From Octopus sinensis (Eukaryota): a DNA stretch of 64,000 nt. Shown in pieces: positions 1-10,303 of this stretch. The position numbers were made by a program, and so were the translations under genes. The number at the start of each line of letters is the position of its first letter. The first letter of the stretch is position 1. The notes beneath the pieces were generated by a model. It did no database searches. It was not told the DNA's origin and worked only from the letters and a program-made list of their open reading frames with translations. The stretch covers positions 72,230,001 through 72,294,000 of the forward strand of contig NC_043001.1 of assembly GCF_006345805.1 (NCBI RefSeq), written 5' to 3'.

Positions 1-27
1 AACATATATATATAATATATCACATAT

Positions 28-121
<94 letters not shown>

Positions 122-156
122 ATTATATATATTATATATATATATATTATATATAT

Positions 157-231
<75 letters not shown>

Positions 232-564
232 CATATATATATATATATTATATATATATATATATATTCACATATATATATATATATATATATATATTCA
301 CATATATATATATATATATATATTCACATATATATATATATATATATTATATTCACATTATATATATACTATATATATATATATATATTCACATATATAT
401 ATATATATATATTCACACATATATATAATATTATATATATATTAACATATATATATATATATATATATATTCACACATATATATATATATATATATTCAC
501 ATATATATATATATATATATTACACATATATATATATATATATATATATATTCACACATATATA

Positions 565-602
<38 letters not shown>

Positions 603-657
603 TTCACATATATATACATATATATATATACATATATTCACATATATATATATTACA
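1..657. repeat. (AT)n microsatellite with recurring TTCAC interruptions
   Basis: Nearly pure AT dinucleotide, punctuated irregularly by 'ttcaca'. Confidence 0.97.
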
Positions 658-1295
658 CTAGCAGTATCGCCGGCGTGCTCGGGGGTTTGTAAGGGAAATA
701 ACTATATAAGCATTTTTAGAGAGTTATAGCCAAAAAATAGCAAAAACTGCATTAAAATGGAAAAAATATGATGGTAATTTTTTGAAAAATCGTGTTTTGA
801 CTCATCGTAGACATTTTTAGAGAGTTACTTCCCTTATATAATAGCCGAAAAAATGCATTAAAATGGAAAAAAAAACGATGGTAAATTTTTTTTTAAATCG
901 TAGACTCATGTAGACGCTTCTTAGCCATTTCTGTTTTGGTGTCTTCAAGCCATGAAGTCGTTGTTCTAAAAGAACGCTGGTCTCCTTGACAACGCATTAC
1001 GACGTTGATTTCCTTACACTCCCTTCCCCCACAGTGCAGGTGTGAGCGGGGACGCCAACTCCGCCGCCATCGACACACGAAAAATTATGCATTAAAATGG
1101 AATAAAAAATGATGTTAAATTATTTTTAAAATCGTAGACTCATCGTAGACGCGCGCTAATACTCAGACGGGCTCGATAGAATCACGACTATAAGCTACCC
1201 GAATTTGGTTAAATGCACCGCAAAATGTGGGAGTAGTTAGGAATCTAAATCGAAGGGGACAGACACTCACACAACTACAGTTTTATATATATAGA
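658..1295 (-). mobile_element. Non-autonomous Helitron (about 640 bp)
   Basis: The minus strand starts A^TCTATATATATAAAACTG at 1295 and ends with a GC-rich subterminal segment plus CTAG^T at 661-658. These are canonical TC...CTAG ends in an A^T target. Confidence 0.8.
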
Positions 1296-1299
1296 TATA

Positions 1300-1890
1300 A
1301 TAGCGCAGTAGTGGTGAGATGTGACAGCAAGGAAAAGCATACATTCACTCTCTGCATGCAATTAGACTCGGAAAGTTCGTGGGAACCCATTGACCCAATT
1401 TGCTGACTTTTCCGATAGCACACAGGTCTCAATGAATGGTTGAATGACCAAATCCAAGCTTCTCTGCTAGTTCCTCAACAGTTACGATGAGATTTTGTTC
1501 CACCAGGGTTTTCAGAATATCCTTGTCGAGTTCTACAGATCTTTCAGGATGAGGCTCGTTTTAGGCTGTAGTTTATGGCTCGGAATTTCTGGAACCACCA
1601 TTGACACTGCCTTACACTTATTGTCCAATCCCCATATACTGCATTAATATTTCTTGTACTTTCCGTTGTGTTGTTGTCTTTATTGAACTCATAAAGCAAA
1701 ATATGCCAAATATGCTCCTTGTTACTTCCAACATAGCTTTGAAAAAAATAGCTGTTAAAATCGAAATGCACTCTTCAAAACTTGCACTATGAATAAGGAC
1801 AAGATAAAATTACTACCTGCTTTTATAGCAAGTTAATATAAGTAGTTTATCCCATTCCCCTCTGACTTTTAGTTCAAGTTGTTGAAAAAA
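1300..1890 (-). mobile_element. Mariner transposon 5' fragment, decayed
   Basis: ORF 1544-1771 (KEHIWHILLYEF...RQCQWWFQKFR) matches the mariner N-terminal HTH. It is closely similar to 52530-53115 and truncated next to the Helitron. Confidence 0.9.
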
Positions 1891-2284
1891 ACCGCATTAT
1901 ATATATATATATACATACATACATACATACATATACACACACACTCTCTCTCTCACACACATGCACACATTTATATTCTGTTATTCTTTTATAGTTTCAG
2001 CTTGAGGTTGTGGGCCATGATGGATCATGTGTGTGTGTGTGTGTCTATCTGTCTGTCTGTCTGTATGTATATATGTATATGTATGAACAATAATATTTTC
2101 AACAGATGTGTTGCAAATGTATCTGATTGTTCTCAAGCTTCAATACTGTGTGTGTGTGTATGTGTGTATGTGTGTATGTGTGTATGAGTATGTGTGTGTA
2201 TGTATGTGTGTGTGTATGTATGATGTGTGTGTGTATGTTTGTATGTATGTATGTATGAGTGTATGTTTACTTATTACTAACACA

Positions 2285-2755
2285 AGCCACTACGGTTATT
2301 TAATGTAAAGTCTTCCTCAAATCACTCTCTCTCGCTATTTACTTCTTCCAAGAACATTTTCACTCACTCTTATCTGTTAGCTTCCCATACATTTTACTCA
2401 TGTATCTATCAGCATCATAGACAGAAACAAATATTACATCGCCATCGGCATCGCATTCTATTGTCTACCTGTCAACACACTGAATTACTTTCACTTTATT
2501 CGTAGCACACTGTGTGTGTGCGTTTGCGTGTGCTGTAAACCAGACTAAGAAAAGCATTTGACATACACACCAGAATGTGAGTTTTCTGTAAATTTTGCTT
2601 AATTGGAGTTTAAATTTTAAAAACTGGACCTGGCATGACCTGATGCATTCTACTTTTAAAAATGCTAGGTAAATTGTAATTGAAGAAATCCTATATTGTA
2701 GATTTCTATAAGATACAAAGGGAGGCAGATAAAATCTGCCTTTTATAATAAGAGA
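2285..2755 (-). mobile_element. Helitron-like 5' terminal fragment
   Basis: Minus-strand start TCTCTTATTATAAAAGGCAG with a subterminal hairpin AGGCAGAT-TTT-ATCTGCCT. An inverted copy lies at 4856-5150. Confidence 0.6.
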
Positions 2756-2760
2756 TATAT

Positions 2761-3400
2761 CTCTTGCAATCCCAGAGGCACAATCAGTGCGAGATCTGGG
2801 TATTTACATGAGTGATGATGCAACCTTTCATGTGCATGTTGCTAAATTGGCAATGAAATATAGGCGGCTGACCGGATGGATTCTTAGAACCTTTTAGAAC
2901 AAGAGACCAGGAAACCATGATGGTCCTCTGGAGGACACTTGTCCTAAGCCACTTTGACTATTGCTCTCAGCTATGGTTACCATCCAGTGTCAAGTTAATC
3001 ACAGAACTTGAGGCGATCCAACGAAGTTACACGAAGAAGATAGCCTCTGTGCAGCATATAAGCTACTGGGAAAGACTCAAGAGATTAAGACTCTATTCCT
3101 TAGAGTGTAGGCGAGAAAGATATGCCATAATATACATCTCGAAGATCCGAGAAGGACTTGTCCCAAACTTTGGCATCAAGAGTTACACAAATACTAGAAC
3201 TGGGCGCCACTGCATAGTATCAAGGACTCCAATTTTGTCATCAAGATGTAGGACAAGATACTGTGATAGCCTGGGCTTCAGAGGCCCACAGCTCTTCAAT
3301 ATCCTCTCGAAGAACCTGAGAGACCTGCATGGGGTGGATGCAGATGACGGCAGCTGCATCGAACTCTCTCATGCACCAAATGGCAATTGCTAAAAAGCAT
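2761..3400 (+). mobile_element. CR1/L2-group LINE reverse transcriptase C-terminal fragment
   Basis: ORF 2917-3393 has SHFDYCSQLW, LEAIQRSYTKKI and SYWERLKRLRLYSLECRRERY, typical of the CR1/L2 ORF2 C-terminus. Confidence 0.88.
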
Positions 3401-3505
3401 TTGTGGAGTAAAATCATGTAGCAACACCAAATGGCCGTGCCCCAGCATGGCCACAGCTCGTGAGCTGAAACTAGATATGTATGTATATATATATATATAT
3501 AATAT

Positions 3506-3748
3506 CACAAGTTCTGTGATTAACTTGACACTGGATGGTGACCTTAGCTGAGAGCAATAGTCAAAGTGGCTTAGGACAAGTGTCCTCCATAGGATCATCA
3601 TGGTTTCCTGGTCTCTTGTTCTAAAGGTTCTAAGAATCCATCCGGTCAGCTGCCTACATTTCATTGCCAATTTAGCAAAATGCACATGAAAGGTTGCATC
3701 ATCATCATGTAAATACCCAGGTCTCGCATTGATTGTGCCTCTGGGATT
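3506..3748 (-). mobile_element. Inverted near-copy of LINE segment 2771-3010
   Basis: The reverse complement aligns by eye with 2771-3010, with small indels, and ends at the N gap. Confidence 0.9.
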
Positions 3749-3848
3749 NNNNNNNNNNNNNNNNNNNNNNNNNNNNNNNNNNNNNNNNNNNNNNNNNNNN
3801 NNNNNNNNNNNNNNNNNNNNNNNNNNNNNNNNNNNNNNNNNNNNNNNN
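3749..3848. other. Assembly gap (100 N)
   Basis: Run of exactly 100 N, a typical unknown-size gap placeholder. Confidence 0.99.
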
Positions 3849-3954
3849 GACACCTATAATGGTGGTGGGAGAAGCGACATCCGGTTAGATGGAGCAAAAT
3901 ATAGAGATAATCCGGTATTGGTAGTGGGGGGCGGGAGGGCGGGCGCACCGCGCA

Positions 3955-4204
3955 TTGGGAGATGAGGTTTTAGAGCGGGGAGAAAGAAGACAGGATTGAG
4001 ATGAAATTGCTTTGCGGTGGTGTGAATAAGTTTTTGTGAGTGAAAGTTTTTATGCTTCAGCTAGCATTTGAGACGAAAGACAACGAACGCTATTAGATGG
4101 GGATACAATAATCATAAGGCTTGCAAAAACAATGAAAAGAGGAAACAGGTCGGGAACTTGCTGATGTTTTTTCATCCTGCGGAAGCGAGTGAAGGTGAGA
4201 TATC

Positions 4205-4242
<38 letters not shown>

Positions 4243-4555
4243 TGAAAACAGAGGGAGAACCGACCACCACATAGCGAGAGAGAGATTGGGAGATGAGGTT
4301 TTAGGCGGCAGAAAGAAGACAGGGTTGAGATGATGCTTTGCGGTGGTGTGAATAAGTTTTTGTGAGTGAAAGTTTTTATGCTTCAGCTAGCATTTGAGAC
4401 GAAAGACAACGATAACGCTATTAATGATACAATAATAATAAGGCTTGCAAACAATGAAAAGAGGAAACAGGTCAGGTCGGTGACTTAGCTGATGTTTTTT
4501 CATCCTGCGGAAGCGAGTGAAGGTGAGATATATACGAGAGTAGATAGAGAGAGAT

Positions 4556-4590
<35 letters not shown>

Positions 4591-4830
4591 CAGTGAAAAC
4601 AGAGGGAGAACCGACACCACATAGCGAGAGAGAGAATTGGAGATGAGGTTTTAGGCGGCAGAAAGAGACAGGGTTGAGATGAAATGCTTTGCGGTGGTGT
4701 GAATAAGTTTTTGTGAGTGAAAGTTTTTATGCTTCAGCTAGCATTTGAGACGAACGACAACGATAACGCTATTAGATGGGGATACAATAATAATAAGGCT
4801 TGCAAAAACAATGAAAAGAAGAACAGATAT
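3955..4830. repeat. Tandem repeat, unit about 330-350 bp, about 2.5 copies
   Basis: 'ttgg(g)agatgaggttttag' recurs at about 3955, 4286 and 4637. Complete units contain a (GA)n tract. Confidence 0.92.
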
Positions 4831-4855
4831 ATATCTATATTATATCATATATATA

Positions 4856-5150
4856 TCTTATATAAAAGGCAGATTTTATCTGCCTCTTTGGGAGTTATGA
4901 AATCTACAATATAGGATTTCTTCATTACATTTACCTAGCATTTTTAAGAGTAGAATGCATCGGGTCATGTCAGGTCCGTTTTAAATTTAAACTCAATTAA
5001 GCAAATTTACAGAAAACTCACATTCTGGTGTGTGTGTCAATGCTTTTCTTATGTGGTTTACACCACACAACACACACACAGTGTGCAACGAATAAAATGA
5101 AAGTAAATAGCGACAGAGTGATTTGAGGAAGACTAAACAGAAAGTATTTA
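4856..5150 (+). mobile_element. Helitron-like 5' fragment, inverted copy of part of 2285-2755
   Basis: Starts TCTTATATAAAAGGCAGATTTTATCTGCCT. It aligns to the reverse complement of 2285-2755 with many single-base indels and an internal deletion. Confidence 0.6.
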
Positions 5151-6110
5151 ACCATATATCTATACATATATATATACATATATATTATACATTATATATA
5201 TAACATATATATATATACATATAATATACATATATACATATATACACATATATTATACATATACATATATTACATATACATATATATATACATCTACATA
5301 TACTATATATATACATATATACATATACTAATATTATATATTACATATATATAATACATATATATATATAACATATATACATATATACATATATATATAT
5401 ATATTACATATATATATACATATACATATATACATATTATACATATATATATATACATATATATTATACATATATATATATACATATAACATATATAATA
5501 TAAATATACATATAGATATATATACATATATTATTATACATATATATATACACATATATATATATACCATATGATATATATCCACATATATATATATCAC
5601 ATATATATATATAACACATATAATATACACATACTATATATATACATATATTATACAATACATATATATATATACATATATATCTATATACACATATATA
5701 TATACATACATATATATATACATATATATATACATAACTATATATCAATCCATATATATACCTACATAATATATATACCTTATATACTACATATATATAT
5801 ATACATATATATATATACATATATATACATACATATATATACATTACATATCTATACATACATATATATACATATATATTATATATACATAGCATCATAT
5901 ATCATCATATATATATATACATATATATATATACATATATATATATATACTATATATATATATAACATATATATATATATACATATATATACATATATAT
6001 ATATTACATATATATATATATACATATATATATAATACATATATATATATACATATATATATACATATAATATATACATATATATATATACATATATATA
6101 TAATACATAT
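5151..6110. repeat. (AT)n/(ATATAC)n compound microsatellite
   Basis: Direct inspection. It generates spurious Y/I/H-rich ORFs. Confidence 0.97.
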
Positions 6111-6502
6111 GAGTGGCTGTGTGGTAAGGTAGCTTGCTAACCAACCACATGGTTCCGGATTCGTCCCACTGCGTGGCACCTGGGCAAGTGTCTTCTGCTA
6201 TAGCCCCCGCCGACCAATGCTTTGTGAGTGGATTTGGTAGACGGAAACTGAAAGAAGCCCGTCGTATATATGTATATATATATATATATATGTGCGTGTA
6301 TGTTTGTGTGTCTGTGTTTGTCCCCCTAGCATTGCTTGACAACCGATGCTTGTGTTTACATCCCCGTTACTTAGCGGTTCGGCAAAAGAGACCCATAGAA
6401 TGAGTACTGGGCTTACAAAAGAATAAGTTCCGGGGTCAAGTTGCTCGATTAAAGGTGGTGCTGCAGCATGGCCGCAGTCAAATGACTGAAACAAGTAAAA
6501 GA

Positions 6503-6503
<1 letters not shown>
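6111..6503 (+). mobile_element. tRNA-derived SINE (octopus OK/OR-like family), full length
   Basis: tRNA-like head 'gagtggctgtgtggtaag...ggttc...cccactgcgtggcacc', central 'tgggcaagtgtcttct', an internal microsatellite and tail 'aatgactgaaacaagtaaaag'. More than 10 related copies occur in the window. The family name is recalled, not searched. Confidence 0.85.
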
Positions 6504-6543
<40 letters not shown>

Positions 6544-7360
6544 TACATATATATATATATACATATATATACATATGTATATACACATATATATATATAC
6601 ACACATGTATATACACATATATATATATATACACACATGTATATACACATATATATACACATGTATATACACATACATATATATATACACATACATATAT
6701 ATATACACATATATATATACATATATATGCATATATATATACATATATATATATATGCATATATATATACATATATATGCATATATATATATATACATAT
6801 ATATGCATATATATATACATATATATGCATATATATATACATATATATGCATATATATATACATATATATGCATATATATATACATATATATGCATATAT
6901 ATACATATATATGCATATATATACATATATATGCATATATATACATACATATATACACATATATATATATATGCATATATATATACATATATATGCATAT
7001 ATATACATACATATATACACATATATATATATATACATATATACACATATATATATATATACATATATACACATACACACATGTATATATACATATATGC
7101 ACATATGTATATATACATATATGCACATATGTATATATACATATATGCACATATGTATATATACATATATGCACATATGTATATATACATATGTGCACAT
7201 ATTTATATATACATATGTGCACATATGTATATATACATATTTGCACATATGTATATATACATATTTGCACATATGTATATATACATATATGCACATATGT
7301 ATATATACATATATGCACATATATACACATACATGTATGTGTGTGTATATATATATATGC
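6504..7360. repeat. Compound micro/minisatellite grading from (AT)n/(ATAC) into 20-24 bp units
   Basis: Units such as atatatgcatatatatatac and atatatgcacatatgtatatatac. Confidence 0.95.
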
Positions 7361-8678
7361 ATTCTCTCTAACTGGCAACATTCACTACAGTGAATTATCG
7401 TCTGCAGAACTGTTTCTGGGATTTAGCATGCCAGAGCTGCGACATTTGAAAATAACTCCAATGTAATCGGTAGAACCGTTCACACATCTAATTTTATGAG
7501 GACAACTCATGTATAGTTCTGCAAATTATATTGAATTAGAATAGTTGTATGGAAGAGCCATAGACGTTGTTACATAAGCAATGTAGCTAAAGGCGAAACC
7601 AGTCTATGATGAATTCTTTATTTTGTATATTTACATCTGTCTTACCCGTGTATGTTTTGGTGTTTGCTGAAATTTTCTAGAGAACATTTTCGTCGTTGTT
7701 TGATCGTAGGTGACCTGTTTCTAACATATTGGATGGCCACTTAGTCGTCATCCCTTCTTATACGTATATATATATATCATCATCATCATTTAGCGTCCGT
7801 TTTCCATGCTAGCATGGGTTGGACAGTTCAACTGGGGTCTGTGAAGCCAGAAGGCTGCATCAGGCCCAGTCTGATCTGGCAGTGTTTCTACGGTTGGATG
7901 CCCTTCCTAACACCAACCACTCCGCGAGTGTAGTATATATATATATATATATATATATACATACGTAGATATATATAAATAGAAAGATATATATACATAT
8001 AGATATGTAAATATATAGATTATATGTTAATATATATACACACACATTATCATTATCTTCATTTTATGTTCACTTTCTATGCTATCATGAGTAGGACTGG
8101 CATGATTCAACAAGTCAGAAAATGTCTTCTTCCAGTGCCTCATTCTTAGCATGGTTTGCACAGATGGATGCCCTTCTTAATATCAACCATTTTACAGGGT
8201 GTGCTGGATGCGTTTCCTATGGCAGCAGCATTGTAGAGGTGGGTGTGCCATGAGGAAGACTAAAGAACACTCTCAAACCCTGCATTGTAAAGGTTGACAT
8301 CTGTTGGAAAACACCTAGGCACGTGTGTTTGTATGTGTATCATCATTATCATTTAACGTCTGTTGTCCATTTCTGGCATGGGTTAGACGGTTTGACTGTG
8401 CTATCACGCTGGATGGCTGCACCAGACGCCTGTCTGATGTGGCATGGTTTTCTACTTCTGGATGCCCTTCCTACGCCAACAACTGCAAGGATGTAATGGG
8501 TGCGTCTACGTTTCACCGGCAAGGTTACCTTTGCGTGCTACTGGGGTGCGTTTACGTGACACCAGTATCTGTCACGACTGCGATTTTGCTCGGCTTGATG
8601 GATCTTTTAAAGCACAACATAATGCCAAAGGTCTTCTCATTGCCTCCGTGAGGCCCAACACTCGAAAGGAAATATATA

Positions 8679-8722
<44 letters not shown>

Positions 8723-8763
8723 TTGCATACAGCTATCGCTCACATATACATGTGTGTGTACGA

Positions 8764-8796
<33 letters not shown>

Positions 8797-9095
8797 ATAT
8801 ATATATACTTACACACACACATGTATGTTTGTATGTGAGCTATAGCTGTATGCAACCTATTGACACATATCTATATATATTTCTTATGATTCAGGCAAGG
8901 CTAGGTGCCACTGCTCTTGTGTGTGTGTAAACACTATGTATACACACAAATGCAATCATTGTATTTATATACAAATAAATGCACCCTATATTTTTAAATA
9001 CGTATAAATGAATCCTATTCATATTGACATTAAATCAAACCCTCTCTCTTTCTTTGAGTGTGTGTGTATATATACATATATAAGTATGCGTGTGT

Positions 9096-9126
<31 letters not shown>

Positions 9127-9799
9127 CTAGATGACAATATATACATCTATGGCGTACGTGCTGATAGATACAAAGAAACATTTCCCGAAATATCCCATCG
9201 AGAAATATAAATGATATATAAAACGATGGAGACCCTTTCTAATCAGTAATATTATAATAATTTAAGTAAGCAGGAATAAACAGCAAGATAGACAAACAGA
9301 TATACACGTGTATGTATGTTGTATTGTGATAAACAATACTGGTATATAGAGGAAAATATGAAGCAGCCAGAATTAATTGTTTGCTCACTTTCAATTTAGA
9401 CATTTTTCTTTTTTTCTGTTGGCGGAGATTTTTTTTTCCAACGATAATATTTTCCAATTTGAGAAAAGTAAAATTTTGGAGTAAAATCGAAAATTAAAAG
9501 TATGAAATAAATATGAAGAAACGAAGTGTAATGTAGAGAGAAGTGGTGATAATAAAGAGTAGGATATTAATAATAATACTCTGTAAAAGAGGTATGGTTT
9601 GGTGTTGAGTGTGGAGCGAGAAGAAGACGAATGTGTGTTAAATTAGGCAAACATGGCGGACTGGAGAGAAATATTAACTGCGTTGATGTTGGATTATAGA
9701 ATTGATGGAAGATATTGATGGAAGAAATGGTTTGAATATATATCAAAGTAGCATGCATAACTCCATAACAGGAAACAGGAGTCTGCTCAGTATTTACGT

Positions 9800-10200
9800 C
9801 TGAAACTTCCGGCTTTGGCACCATGCTTTCCTCTTTCTCCACTGTCCCTTCTTCCAATCACTGACACAACAACAACCTTGTCTTTCTTCTTCCTTCTTAC
9901 ATACACCGTGTGTGTCACACTCTCACTCTTCTCCTACATTTTTACTCGTAATAAACGTTCATACGTACCCTTATGACAACATAAATTAGAGAGGAAGCGA
10001 TCCGGATAGACAAAGACTGCGACCAGATTCGATTAATTTCAATACAACTTGCTGAAGTCAACACAAAAAAAAAGATCACCGGAAATTTTCTCCAACGGAA
10101 ATGGCTTCCAGGTGAAATAGCTGCTCGAGTCTTCTGGCCACGTGACATCCCGTTCTTTGTTGGCGGAACTAGACGGAATCACACGGAATTTAGCGAACAT
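9800..10200. promoter_or_regulatory. Putative bidirectional promoter with clustered ETS/GABP-type motifs and an E-box
   Basis: ACTTCCGG at 9805-9812, CCGGAAAT at 10079, CGGAA at 10096, 10164, 10174 and 10184, CACGTGAC at 10139-10146 and YY1-like AAATGGCT at 10099. The region is locally CpG-rich with splice donors facing outward on both strands. Confidence 0.6.
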
Positions 10201-10303
10201 TACCGAGATTCTTCAACACAATCACCTTGTCTTCTGTGTGTCCTTCCACCAACATCATTTCTACATACACACACACACACACTCATATATCTATATACAT
10301 ACG
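10200..10303 (+). other. ATP5PF: Probable non-coding first exon of ATP5PF (start approximate)
   Basis: Donor ACG|GTAAGC at 10303/10304 downstream of the promoter-like cluster. The first coding exon has an acceptor only 8 nt before its ATG, so an upstream exon is required. Confidence 0.55.

Noticed and set aside
3296-3965. ORFs spanning the N run
   Set aside because: They are open only because the gap translates as X.
3955-4830. Regularly spaced repeats as a CRISPR-like array
   Set aside because: The units are whole ~340 bp tandem copies without unique spacers, the context is eukaryotic, and there are no cas genes.
6111-6200. tRNA gene
   Set aside because: The A/B-box-like head belongs to a SINE. 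No complete cloverleaf is present here or in the other copies.
5303-7466. Long ORFs (up to 330 aa) rich in Y/I/H/C/M
   Set aside because: They are translations of AT/AC microsatellites, which lack stops in several frames. They are not genes.
7646-7720. Minus-strand mini-exon candidate MFSRKFQQTPKHTR ending CGG|GTAAG
   Set aside because: There is no convincing acceptor or homology, and it lies in probable repeat-derived sequence.
9567-9857. 96-aa minus-strand ORF next to the promoter
   Set aside because: It starts at a non-ATG codon, has no recognisable homology (it does not resemble GABPA) and lies just inside a probable intron.
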